IMG/VR virus record: IMGVR_UViG_3300021426_000001
Length of the DNA stretch: 64,000 nt
Strand: one strand, 5' to 3'
DNA from: a virus
Lineage: Duplodnaviria > Caudoviricetes
Both the position numbers and the translations under genes were made by a program. Under the pieces are notes generated by a model, which was not told the DNA's origin, did no database searches, and worked only from the letters and a program-made list of their open reading frames with translations. Positions 45,087 to 54,518 of the stretch are shown here, one piece after another (positions within the stretch are counted from its first letter, which is position 1; each line of letters opens with the position of its first letter).

Positions 45087-46049
45087 TCACTTGAAGATCT
45101 TTCTGTCGCTGTACAAGTGAAGACGAGAGGAGTTCATCCTCTGGTCTATTTTGCATTTTATGGTGAACTTCATCTTCTCTCCGAGAGTGTCTTGATCGAG
45201 CTCGTAGCTCCAGTTCTCTACTCCCACGATGAAGTAAGTGTCAAGGACGCCAGCTCTGAGAACGTCCAGTCTGTGCAGAGGCTCGTTGAACTTCGTTCTT
45301 CCGTAAGTCATTCTCTGCTTGTCGTTCCATCCTCTGACTAGAACTTCGTCTGCTACTGTCGTGACTGCGTTAGCGAAGTCTTCAATCGTGTCCAAGAAGC
45401 TGCTCTCTTCTTTCTCTTTCTCGCTGCCTCCGAACATTATTCTTCCGCCGTCTTCTAGTGCTTTCTTTCCGATTGGAACGATGCTTCCGAGACCGGTCAT
45501 AGCCTGGTCAACCGATCTGTCGATCAAGTGAGTGAACTTGTCTACCGTCTCCACAGTCGCGTACTTAGTCAGGTAGTCGATCACGGCTTTCTGAGAAGAT
45601 GGAGGGCATGACGGATCGAACAGCTCTAACGGTCTCTTCCAGGCGTCGAAGACAAGCTCGAAACCCTCACTCTGGAAGTCTTTCGCTGTGTAGACTTTCT
45701 TCGTGTAGTTTCCAGAGAGCTGAACGTTCAGATTAGCGCCGACTGCTCCACCTAGAGCGTTAGCGATAGATCCTCTTCCCGTGAAAGTGTTCTGAAGAAG
45801 ATCTGTGAGTGACTTCTGAGGACCCTCTGCCGTCTCAGTCGTGAACGAGAGAGTCGGAATATTCTCATTGTCAAGGATTCCGCAAATTGACGTAGACTTT
45901 CCGCCGTCGTTCGTAGTCAGAACGAACCAGTTGTTTCCATAGAGGTTCTCCGAGAAGCCGTTGAACATCGCGTTCTGCGATGCCGTGAAGGCTATCTCTG
46001 GCGATCCATCGCCGTCTAGCTTGATATTCTCGTTCTTAGCTTCGCTCAT
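45087..46049 (-). CDS. Baseplate/tube-cap-like structural protein
   Basis: Structural operon; architecture similar to 46046..47020. Confidence 0.45.
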   Translation of the reverse strand: MSEAKNENIKLDGDGSPEIAFTASQNAMFNGFSENLYGNNWFVLTTNDGGKSTSICGILDNENIPTLSFTTETAEGPQKSLTDLLQNTFTGRGSIANALGGAVGANLNVQLSGNYTKKVYTAKDFQSEGFELVFDAWKRPLELFDPSCPPSSQKAVIDYLTKYATVETVDKFTHLIDRSVDQAMTGLGSIVPIGKKALEDGGRIMFGGSEKEKEESSFLDTIEDFANAVTTVADEVLVRGWNDKQRMTYGRTKFNEPLHRLDVLRAGVLDTYFIVGVENWSYELDQDTLGEKMKFTIKCKIDQRMNSSRLHLYSDRKIFK

Positions 46050-47020
46050 TCTCTGTACTCGTACTTGAACATATCTATCATCTGAGACGGAGAGACTTTA
46101 GTGACGCTCTCTAGACTCATCTCGATCTTGCAATACTCTGGACATGCGCCGACTCTCTTTCCGTTGCCGTCTATGATTCTCACGATGTGTGGCGAGAACT
46201 TGAAAGTGAGCTTCTTGATGTAGAAGTCGACATACATAGACGGCTTTCTGGAGTCTATGAACTTTGCACCGTTCGGATCAGTCACGCTAATGCAGAACGT
46301 GTGTCCCAGACGCTGTCCGACTCCCATGACTCCAGCAGCTACTTTCTCCAGGCCGTCTAGACCCTTCTTAGCAGACCCGTTGAAGTCTGAGAAGACTCCG
46401 ACTGCTGCGCTTCCGACATCCTTGATTCCGCCGAGAATGAGCTTTCCGTTGTCTTCTTCAAGATTCTTCTTCATGGCCGCGATGTTGTCTTTGACGATTC
46501 CAGTGCTGAACGCAGTAGATGGCATCATGGCTGTCTTTCCGAGATTCATCCAGTCCCACATCGAGCTGAGCTTCTCGTCGTGATAGGTGATCGCGGGATA
46601 CATGTTGTCTCTGTCGTATCTCAGACCCTCTACGTGAGCTCCGACAGAAGACTTAGGAATTGTCGGATAGGCTAGAATCTCGAAGTCGAATTTGATGTAT
46701 GCGTCTGAGAGCTGTGCTGCGAGCTGCGTCCACTTGTCTGTCAAGATCGGCGGCTTGTAGTACTGACCACCCAGCATCTGGACGATCTTTCCTGGAACGC
46801 TCTCGTCTCCTCCAGCGATTGTCTTGATCTTGTCTGTGATCCACTGAGAGTTGCTCTTGTCCCAGTCGCCCCAGTCGGTAGCGTAGCTTACTTTCGGAAA
46901 CTCCTTGATGTAGCCAGACATGTTCACGCATGTCTCTTTAGCCTCGTCACTCAGAGGATAGATTGTGAGAACGCCCTGCTTAGCGTTTTGACCACCCCAA
47001 AGCTCTATCTCTTGGCTCAT
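46046..47020 (-). CDS. Baseplate tail-tube cap (gp48-like) candidate
   Basis: YIKKLTFKFSP...CPEYCKIEMSLES C-terminus. Confidence 0.45.
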   Translation of the reverse strand: MSQEIELWGGQNAKQGVLTIYPLSDEAKETCVNMSGYIKEFPKVSYATDWGDWDKSNSQWITDKIKTIAGGDESVPGKIVQMLGGQYYKPPILTDKWTQLAAQLSDAYIKFDFEILAYPTIPKSSVGAHVEGLRYDRDNMYPAITYHDEKLSSMWDWMNLGKTAMMPSTAFSTGIVKDNIAAMKKNLEEDNGKLILGGIKDVGSAAVGVFSDFNGSAKKGLDGLEKVAAGVMGVGQRLGHTFCISVTDPNGAKFIDSRKPSMYVDFYIKKLTFKFSPHIVRIIDGNGKRVGACPEYCKIEMSLESVTKVSPSQMIDMFKYEYRE

Positions 47021-47023
47021 CTA

Positions 47024-48400
47024 TTAGTCTCCCGAAGTAACTGCTGGAACTTCTTCTCTGCTCTGCTCTTTCGGAGTTCTGCTTCTCCACTCTACAGTGA
47101 ATGTTCCGAACTCCTTTCCTATCGCCTCTAGTGCGACTCTCATCTTGACTGCTTCGTCAAGTATCAGCTTGACCGTCGTGTCGCTAAGCTCGCTGTTTAT
47201 CGTGTCATTGCTGCTCGTTACTCGTCTGATGTCGTTCTCGGCTGGTGTCTCCCTTAGCATAGCGACTGCTTCAGTGAGCTTTCTCATGTTGCTGTCTAGC
47301 ATCTTCACTAGAGCGTCCTGACCAGCTACGAGAGGACGAACTGCTGCGCTGAAAGCGTCCATGTCAGTCTCTCTGCGAGCGCCGTCAGAAGATCTCTGGT
47401 TCATGATCTGGACTTTCATCGTCGAGCTCAAAATCTCGACGACCTTCTTCTGGAACTCTGGGTTCGTCTCGATCTTGATCTTGCTCAGATCGGCTGCAGG
47501 AATCTTGAGTCTGTCTATGCTAGCGCGAATGCTGTCTGCTCCAGACTCGACTGCACGGATCAGAGCTTCGTTGTCTGATCCGATTGAGATTCCTGCGACA
47601 GCTGCCTTGACTTCTCTCACTGCACTGACTATCTCCGTCTCTCCGCTAGCGATTCTGCTCAGAGTAGAGCTAGCGGCTCTTAGATCCCTCTGCATTCCGA
47701 GAATCTGAGGGTCTGCCTCTTGTCTAGGTGTCGTCTGCTGCGATGATGGCTTGTTTCCGAAGATGAGTCCCTTGACTCCTCCGGATGCGACATCTCTTAC
47801 GCTGTGAGACACGTCGACGATGGCGTCTATGCCCTTTCCGATGATCTTGTAGAGACCGTATAGCACGACGGCTAGACCACCCACGATAGGGATAGCGAGA
47901 GCGACTCCGACTTGAGTCGGGCTAGACCACGCTTTCAGGAAGTCTGCTGCGCTGTCGCAGAGGAGTCCGATCTTCTTCTCTAGGTCTCTCGGAATGACAG
48001 ACTGAGCGTTCATTCCAGCGATGGGCGTGTTCTGGACTCTCGGCGCCTCTACTGCCGTTCTCTCGTTCTCTCTAGCGATCGTGATGTCGTTCGCGTCACC
48101 CTTGACTATTGCGTCTTTCAGCTGCTGCAGGCCGTAAGTCATCTGGACCGTGTGATTTCTCATGTTGGTCACGATGGCGCTTCCGTAGAGATTCACCGAG
48201 CTGTGAAGGAGCATGATCTGTGGCGAGATCTCAGACTCCATGATGGTCAGAGTGTCAGAGATTCTGTCAAGAAGCATTCCGTTTCTGCGGATGTCGTGGC
48301 CGAGCTTGAACTGCAAGTTCTCCTCAGCGGCCCAGACGAGATCGCCGACTTGGCGCATCTCATCTCTAAGTTCACTCAACTTCTTGGTCTGATCGTCCAT
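47024..48400 (-). CDS. Helical tape-measure-like protein with one hydrophobic segment
   Basis: Ala/Ser-rich helical composition, VGVALAIPIVGGLAVVLYGL; late promoter 48420-48427. Confidence 0.45.
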   Translation of the reverse strand: MDDQTKKLSELRDEMRQVGDLVWAAEENLQFKLGHDIRRNGMLLDRISDTLTIMESEISPQIMLLHSSVNLYGSAIVTNMRNHTVQMTYGLQQLKDAIVKGDANDITIARENERTAVEAPRVQNTPIAGMNAQSVIPRDLEKKIGLLCDSAADFLKAWSSPTQVGVALAIPIVGGLAVVLYGLYKIIGKGIDAIVDVSHSVRDVASGGVKGLIFGNKPSSQQTTPRQEADPQILGMQRDLRAASSTLSRIASGETEIVSAVREVKAAVAGISIGSDNEALIRAVESGADSIRASIDRLKIPAADLSKIKIETNPEFQKKVVEILSSTMKVQIMNQRSSDGARRETDMDAFSAAVRPLVAGQDALVKMLDSNMRKLTEAVAMLRETPAENDIRRVTSSNDTINSELSDTTVKLILDEAVKMRVALEAIGKEFGTFTVEWRSRTPKEQSREEVPAVTSGD

Positions 48401-48433
48401 ATTTCACCACTTTACACGTTATTTATAGCGCAT

Positions 48434-48524
48434 TAGAGACGGTTTTAAAGCGCTTTAAGTATACAGCCGTGTGTTACCTTGGCCTTCTTAAAAAGCGCTT
48501 TAAAACGTCACGTATTCGTCTCTA
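48434..48524. repeat. Nested inverted repeat with two AAAGCGCTTT palindromes
   Basis: GTTTTAAAGCGCTTT (48442-48456) / AAAGCGCTTTAAAAC (48492-48506); outer TAGAGACG/CGTCTCTA. Confidence 0.85.
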
Positions 48525-48535
48525 GCGAAGCTTCC

Positions 48536-49789
48536 TCAGTCAGCGATCTCGGTATCATGTTTCATGAACCAGTGCGTATCTACTCGCTCATTGTTGCTGT
48601 TCAGATAGTCTTTTCTGCCAGAAGCAGTGTAGTCGTCCTCTGTGAGCTTCGAGAAGTCGTAGCGCTCGGTCATGCTGCCCTCCCAAGATCTAGCGGCGCT
48701 GTCGTAAGTTCCAGACTGCTCCATGTAGTTTCCTGAGATTCCGATGATCGACTTGTAGCGGTCTGCCTCTTCGCTCTCAACTGCGCTCGTGAACTTCCAG
48801 ATTCCCTGATCCTTCTGAGCCAGCTCGAAGTAAGCATTGTAGTTCTCGGCTGGCGTCCATACGCTGACTCCAGGAGCGAGCTCTTCCTTTCTCTGAATGA
48901 TTCCAGCGTCCTTGATCGGAAGGTCTGCGCTGTCTGCGATGTAGAACTCTGGCTTGTCTGGATCCTTAGAGCCAGAGAATGTGTTGACAATCTGCTGGGT
49001 CTTGTAGACGGCGATAGACGGGTTGAGGGTGACGATGATCTGGTCGATGATTGCGCCGTACTCGATCTTGGTGTAGAGCCAGCCCTCTATCGTGAAGTGG
49101 AACTTAGCCTCTACTTCTCGCTTGTCCTGCTCTCCCATGTCTTCAGGCATCGAAGTGTCGACAGAGTCTAGCTTCATCTTTATGCTTCTTCGGATGTTCA
49201 TGAACCAGAACTCTTTGATGAAGAGGAACGCGTCTGGATTGAATCGTGTGCATATCTGCTCGATCATCTGGAGGAGATCAGACATCTTCTCAGCTTTCGC
49301 AGTCAGAGTGAATCCGAAGTTGTACGGAACTGGCTTAGTGTCTGACCAGAGAAGCTGAGCCTGACCCTCTTCGATTCCTCTGTCCATCATGTAGTTCTCG
49401 TAGAAAGTTCTGCAAGCCATTGATGATGCAGCTCTAGTCGCGTCATACTGGAACGACGTGATCTGGTAGTACATGTTCGGGAGAGGAATGTAGTAAGTCT
49501 TTCCAGACTCCTGCTCTTTGCGGAAGTCGTGGGACTTAGCTCTCGGACCGAACTTTATCGGGACTTGAATTCTCTTTCTCGGATAGCCCTTCTCGTCGTA
49601 TCTGATCACGTACAGGTCATTGAAGAAGTTAGTGAAAGCTACCATTATCGCTCTCAGAGTGTCGGCGAAGTAGTAGCCTATCGGGTACCCGAGGTCTCCT
49701 CTGTCATCGATCGTCGCTTTCCACCAGCCGTGCTCATCCGGTCTGTAGCCAGGCGTCTTCCAGTTGCTCTCTGCCATAGATTCTCCCAT
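48536..49789 (-). CDS. Tail sheath stabiliser/terminator gp15-like
   Basis: YYFADTLRAIMVAFTNFFNDL...VPIKFGP...LP...PVPYNFGFTL...QMIEQICTRFNP. Confidence 0.9.
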   Translation of the reverse strand: MGESMAESNWKTPGYRPDEHGWWKATIDDRGDLGYPIGYYFADTLRAIMVAFTNFFNDLYVIRYDEKGYPRKRIQVPIKFGPRAKSHDFRKEQESGKTYYIPLPNMYYQITSFQYDATRAASSMACRTFYENYMMDRGIEEGQAQLLWSDTKPVPYNFGFTLTAKAEKMSDLLQMIEQICTRFNPDAFLFIKEFWFMNIRRSIKMKLDSVDTSMPEDMGEQDKREVEAKFHFTIEGWLYTKIEYGAIIDQIIVTLNPSIAVYKTQQIVNTFSGSKDPDKPEFYIADSADLPIKDAGIIQRKEELAPGVSVWTPAENYNAYFELAQKDQGIWKFTSAVESEEADRYKSIIGISGNYMEQSGTYDSAARSWEGSMTERYDFSKLTEDDYTASGRKDYLNSNNERVDTHWFMKHDTEIAD

Positions 49790-49817
49790 CGCTATATATT
49801 ATCTATAGAGGAACTTT

Positions 49818-50687
49818 ATGTCTGAGATCAACTACTGGAGAATTCCGTACACGCAGCTGCCGTCACTCGGCGAGAGATATCCGCAGGGAAGCTCTATAAA
49901 ATTCAGATGCATGACTGTGAACGATCTGAAGTACATGGCGTCACTCAAAGATGAGAACGCAGACGAGATGGTCACTGACATCCTGGAGAGATGCTTGAAG
50001 CTAGACGGCGTCAGGTTCGACCAGCTTCTCAGAATGGACAGGCTCACAATGCTGTTCTTCATCAGAACGAACACGTTCTTGCTCTCGAACGGATTTCAGA
50101 CAGAGTTCGACTGTCCGCACTGCGGGTCTAGAGAGCGCCAAGAGTTCAAGATGTCGGATCTCAAAGTAAAGAAGATCACAGAGTCTACGATTCACGACGT
50201 AGACATGGTAGACGAGCTCGGAATATGCGTCTCTGGAGAGTACAAGACCTTCGCTGACAGAGTCTATCACTCTCCAGATCCTCTCATCGATCTGATCCTC
50301 AACAACACGGATCTGGCTCACTGGCAGGACATGACGGTAGAGCAGTGGACTGACTGGATCTACAATCTTCCAGCCGACAAAGTGGCTAAGCTCAAGAGAG
50401 CAGCTAACGACGCTAGATGCGGAGTTCTCGGATACGTAGATCTGAAGTGCAGCAAGTGCCGAAAGACGCTGAGAGTCGGCGTGGACATCTCAGACAAGAG
50501 TCTCTTCAACAAAGCGAAGCTGTCTGTCCTGATCCGCAACAAGATCCAGATAAGCAAGTACTGCGGCGTCCAGATAACGGATGACACGCCATACAACGAA
50601 GTTGAGCTGACTATCGCCATCGTGAACGAGCTGTCAGAGGCAGAGGCTAGAAGCATGAAAGAATCTAAGAACGGAGCTAAGAAGTAA
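49818..50687 (+). CDS. Second gp26-like baseplate hub protein
   Basis: LPSLGERYP...DRLTMLFFIRTNTF...CPHC...CSKC. Confidence 0.75.
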   Translation: MSEINYWRIPYTQLPSLGERYPQGSSIKFRCMTVNDLKYMASLKDENADEMVTDILERCLKLDGVRFDQLLRMDRLTMLFFIRTNTFLLSNGFQTEFDCPHCGSRERQEFKMSDLKVKKITESTIHDVDMVDELGICVSGEYKTFADRVYHSPDPLIDLILNNTDLAHWQDMTVEQWTDWIYNLPADKVAKLKRAANDARCGVLGYVDLKCSKCRKTLRVGVDISDKSLFNKAKLSVLIRNKIQISKYCGVQITDDTPYNEVELTIAIVNELSEAEARSMKESKNGAKK

Positions 50688-51496
50688 TGGACCAGACGCT
50701 ATCAAAGATTTTCGGTGGACTCGAAGATGACGGAATGGGCGGACTGAACACCGTCAACCACGACGATAAGAAGTTCAAAGAGACATGGACTGGAAAGGTC
50801 GTAGACAACAAGGATCCGTTCCGAATGGGCCGAGTGAAGATCAGGATCTTCGGAAGATATGACGGAGTGGACGACGCAGCTCTTCCGTGGGCTATGCCAG
50901 AGTGCGCATATCTAGGATCTTCAACTGCCAACCTAGTCATTCCGACTGAGGACGCTATAGTTCGTGGCTACTTCGAGAACGGCGATCCGTATAAGCCAAT
51001 CTACACTGGAATGATCACTCAGATGAATCCAGTAGAAGCAGCAGTCAAGGCTTTCACTGGACTCGCTAGTCCAGGAGAGACTATTCTGGATGAAGCTACG
51101 AACGATCTAGACTATCCGAACGTGATGGTTCTGGGAAAGACTGATGACGGCGAAGCAGTCATAGTAAACAGATCAAACGGCCAGATCAAGATAAATCACA
51201 GATCTGGCCTGAAGATTCAGATCGACCCTAACGGCAGCATCACGGTCGAGCAGTCGATGTCTAAGAAGATCACCAATCCGCTTCCAGCGAAGATGGACGT
51301 GACTATCGAGGGAGACACTAATCTAACAGCTAACGGAGACGTAAATCTCACCGCTAAGATGAACGTCAACATCAACGGAGTGACTGGAGACGTGAATCTC
51401 GGAAGAAACGGACTCAAGCAGCTGATCTGCGCTCATCCAGTATGCTTCGTCACTGGCGCTCCGACTAACGGTGGAAACACTAACGTGAAGGCTTAG
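50687..51496 (+). CDS. gp5-like baseplate spike (OB fold plus beta-helix, no lysozyme)
   Basis: GKVVDNKDPFRMGRVKIRIFG...LPWAMP; C-terminal CAHPVCFVTGAP. Confidence 0.9.
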   Translation: MDQTLSKIFGGLEDDGMGGLNTVNHDDKKFKETWTGKVVDNKDPFRMGRVKIRIFGRYDGVDDAALPWAMPECAYLGSSTANLVIPTEDAIVRGYFENGDPYKPIYTGMITQMNPVEAAVKAFTGLASPGETILDEATNDLDYPNVMVLGKTDDGEAVIVNRSNGQIKINHRSGLKIQIDPNGSITVEQSMSKKITNPLPAKMDVTIEGDTNLTANGDVNLTAKMNVNINGVTGDVNLGRNGLKQLICAHPVCFVTGAPTNGGNTNVKA

Positions 51497-52062
51497 ACCT
51501 TTCCAGCTTCTCTGTCAATCTTAGCGTGCTTGAATCCGAGGTCTATTGCTTGCTTCACGGTGATGACATCGCCTAGCTTCAAGCCTAGCTCGTTCTTTCC
51601 GTCTGCGCTCAGAGTAGACGGCTTCAACGGTTCACCTGGATGGAACGTGAACATGCACTCGCCGTAGCCGTCATCTCCAGTTATCAGAATCGTATATGCG
51701 CACTTCATCATGTCGCCGTTGAAAGGCTTGATGCTGAGCGACAGCTTTCCGGTTCCCTTCGGATCGATCAGGTAGCACTTCATGTCTTCTGGAAGCACTT
51801 CGAGCGAAACCATCCCGACCCAGCCGTTGAGATGCTGATCGTGAGTGATAAACGCGTGGCAGCCAGCAGCGATGTTCTCGTGATAGTATGGCTCCCACAT
51901 AGCGTGCATGAGCGCCCACTCCAAGTCGCGAACGTCCGAGTAGTCATAGCAGCTGCCCTTTCCGAAGAGAAGACGCTGCTCAAGGCACTTCTTGAAGTAT
52001 TCTGGATCGTGCTCCTTAGTTCTCAGAATGCACGCTCTTACGTGTTCAGTCGTAGATTTCAT
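51493..52062 (-). CDS. Hypothetical protein
   Basis: Operon member downstream of uvsY; FTFHPGEP. Confidence 0.65.
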   Translation of the reverse strand: MKSTTEHVRACILRTKEHDPEYFKKCLEQRLLFGKGSCYDYSDVRDLEWALMHAMWEPYYHENIAAGCHAFITHDQHLNGWVGMVSLEVLPEDMKCYLIDPKGTGKLSLSIKPFNGDMMKCAYTILITGDDGYGECMFTFHPGEPLKPSTLSADGKNELGLKLGDVITVKQAIDLGFKHAKIDREAGKV

Positions 52063-52073
52063 TGCTTAGTCTC

Positions 52074-52484
52074 CTAGAAGTTAGTCGAGATGATCTCTTT
52101 CCACTTCAGCCAGTTGTTGATTGTGAACGACAGCGATGTCACGTTCTTCAGCGTCTCTTCGAGCCAGCCCATGTAGTACCGCTGCTCGATCAGCGCCTTG
52201 TTGATCTTCGCAACGGCTTCGTCAAGGTAGCACTGCTCGTCAAGTTCTTTCGACGTGTATGCGAAACCATCGCCCTTCATCTTGTTCTTCGCCTTCGCTT
52301 TAGACTCTTCGAGCTTGTCTTCGAGCGTAGCGACGACGGCGACTTGCTGGCGGTAAGCGTCAATGTACTTCTGCTTGATGCCTGGAATCTTCATGTTGAA
52401 TTCCATCAAGTCGTCGTGGTTCTCTGGAAGTACTGTGTCTTCCTGCGCCATCTTCTGATACAGCAAAAAGTCTTCTTTTTTCAT
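52074..52484 (-). CDS. uvsY: UvsY recombination mediator
   Basis: KIPGIKQKY...WLEETLKNVTSLSFTINNWLKWKE; size ~136 aa. Confidence 0.75.
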   Translation of the reverse strand: MKKEDFLLYQKMAQEDTVLPENHDDLMEFNMKIPGIKQKYIDAYRQQVAVVATLEDKLEESKAKAKNKMKGDGFAYTSKELDEQCYLDEAVAKINKALIEQRYYMGWLEETLKNVTSLSFTINNWLKWKEIISTNF

Positions 52485-52645
52485 TACGACTCCTCCAGCC
52501 ACTTCATGAACTGGTCACGATCAGTCACAATATCTCCATCTATCTCTTCGAGGAGCTTCTTCGCCGAGTACTTGCGACCCTCCGAACGGAGTTCGCCATA
52601 CTTTTCGATTTTCTCCATAATCGATTTTTTCTTGTTAGAGTCCAT
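52484..52645 (-). CDS. 53-aa early hypothetical protein (not in ORF track)
   Basis: MDSNKKKSIMEKIEKYGELRSEGRK...; follows early promoter with RBS GAGG; TAATG coupling to uvsY. Confidence 0.6.
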   Translation of the reverse strand: MDSNKKKSIMEKIEKYGELRSEGRKYSAKKLLEEIDGDIVTDRDQFMKWLEES

Positions 52646-52668
52646 AAGGAACCTCTCTTGTTATGCAC

Positions 52669-52700
52669 AATATAGGAATTTACTCTCATTTTGTAAACCC
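52669..52700 (-). promoter_or_regulatory. Early promoter
   Basis: GGGTTTACA-N17-TATATT. Confidence 0.85.
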
Positions 52701-52751
52701 CTATCACTCGAAATCCTCAAAAGCGCCAAAATTGTATATTTAACCCGAAAT

Positions 52752-54518
52752 ATGTACGTGAAATTCAAGAAAATCAGATTCCGCAACTTCATGTCCTACG
52801 GCAACGGCTGGACGGAAGTGAACTTCGGATCAAAGCTGACCATCATCAACGCAGTGAACGGATCGGGCAAGTCGTCCATCGTGGACGCTATCTCTTTCGT
52901 TCTCTTCGGAAAGCCGTATAGAGAGATCAACATCAAGAGCCTCGTGAATCTCATCAACAAGCGCCATGCCGAAGTGGAGATCGACTTCGACATCGGCAGC
53001 GACTCATATCACATGATGAGAGGGCTGCAGCCGTCAAAGTTCGAGATGACCAAGAACGGCGAGACGGTTGATCTGCTGTCCTCGAAGAAGCTAAATCAGG
53101 TAGAGATCGACAAGATTCTCGGCGTAAAGTATCTTCTCTTCAAGAACGTGATGTGCATTGGCGCAATCTCAAATGTGCCGTTCTTCAACATGAGCGTCCC
53201 TGACAGACGCGAGCTACTGGAGACCATCTTCGGACTCTCGAACATTGCAGAGATGCTGAAGGACGTGAAGCTGAGAAACAGCAACAACAAGTCGGCGCTA
53301 GTGAGCAAGCGAGCTTCGAGAGATGCCGTCAAGACCTGCATCGAGAACACGAAGACCTTCATCGCTGACACGATCCAGAAGTCTAAGAAGTTCGAAGAGA
53401 ACCAAGCTGCAAGAATAGCTAAGATTCGAGAGCACATCGACGAGATCACTGACGAGATGATGAAGCACAAGATGAACGCTTCGAAGTGCCAAGCGAAGCT
53501 GGAGGAGCTGAAGCCCAAGTTCGACATCTTGGAGATCGACAGACTCAAGAAGTCGTTTGATCAGATGAATGAAGTCTTGGCTGTGAACCTCGCTAGATAC
53601 AAGGAGATCCGAGAGAAGCTGTCGAACCGAGACAAAGCCGTCTGTCCTATATGCGGAACGGACCTCTCAAGCGAAGAGGCTGTGAAGTATTTCGAGAAGC
53701 TTGAGAGGGAGTCCGCTAGCCTCTTGGAAGAGCGAAAGAGGGTGAACGCCGAGATGGAGGAAGCGACTGCCGCTTACAACGAGAACACGAACAACCTCAA
53801 CTTCTACACGAAGGTAGAGCAGAGAAAGCAGCAAGAGCTTGACGCCATGACTCCGCTAGAGAAGTCGATTCTCTTCAACGAGAAGCAGATCTACGACATC
53901 GAAAAAGAGACCAACGACTTCGACGTTACCGAGCACAACAAGAGTCTGGAATCCTACCAGAGCCAGGAGACGCAGCTGAACAAGGAGATCGATGAGCTAG
54001 AAGAGAAGATCGCAGTCGACATCGACTTGGCCTCTATTCTCTCAGATGACGGAATCAAGCGCTACTTCTTTGACGAGATCGTTCCGGTGCTCAACATCAA
54101 AGTGAACGAGTACATCAAGAAGTTCGGCTTGGATCACGAGATCGAGTTCGACAACGGACTCAACTACCAGATCCGTCGTGGTCAGCTCGAGATGGAGTAC
54201 AACGGCCTCTCGAACGGCGAGAAGACCAGAGTGAACGTCGCTATGATGCTCACCTTCTACGACATCGCAAAGCAGCTGTCCAACTGGAGCTGCTCTATAT
54301 TGTTCATGGACGAGATCTTCGACACTGGCATTGACGCAGACGGAATCAACTCGTTCCTTCAGGAGCTTCTCGGAATGCTAAATCGCGACGAGAAACTCGG
54401 CGTGTACTTAATTTCGCACAAGCTAAATGAATTAAATTTGAACAATATAGAGTATGATACGATGAAGGTCTACAAGAACGGACTCTTCAGCAAGATACAC
54501 ATGAAGGAAAGCAAATGA
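52752..54518 (+). CDS. gp46 (Rad50/SbcC-like) recombination ATPase
   Basis: FKKIRFRNFMSYG, NGSGKSS, CPIC zinc hook, LSNGEK, ILFMDE, ISH; true start MYVKF at 52752. Confidence 0.95.
   Translation: MYVKFKKIRFRNFMSYGNGWTEVNFGSKLTIINAVNGSGKSSIVDAISFVLFGKPYREINIKSLVNLINKRHAEVEIDFDIGSDSYHMMRGLQPSKFEMTKNGETVDLLSSKKLNQVEIDKILGVKYLLFKNVMCIGAISNVPFFNMSVPDRRELLETIFGLSNIAEMLKDVKLRNSNNKSALVSKRASRDAVKTCIENTKTFIADTIQKSKKFEENQAARIAKIREHIDEITDEMMKHKMNASKCQAKLEELKPKFDILEIDRLKKSFDQMNEVLAVNLARYKEIREKLSNRDKAVCPICGTDLSSEEAVKYFEKLERESASLLEERKRVNAEMEEATAAYNENTNNLNFYTKVEQRKQQELDAMTPLEKSILFNEKQIYDIEKETNDFDVTEHNKSLESYQSQETQLNKEIDELEEKIAVDIDLASILSDDGIKRYFFDEIVPVLNIKVNEYIKKFGLDHEIEFDNGLNYQIRRGQLEMEYNGLSNGEKTRVNVAMMLTFYDIAKQLSNWSCSILFMDEIFDTGIDADGINSFLQELLGMLNRDEKLGVYLISHKLNELNLNNIEYDTMKVYKNGLFSKIHMKESK

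Noticed and set aside
52062-52751. N-terminal 230 aa of the 818-aa ORF
   Set aside because: Antisense shadow of uvsY and its promoter; gp46 homology begins at MYVKF (52752)
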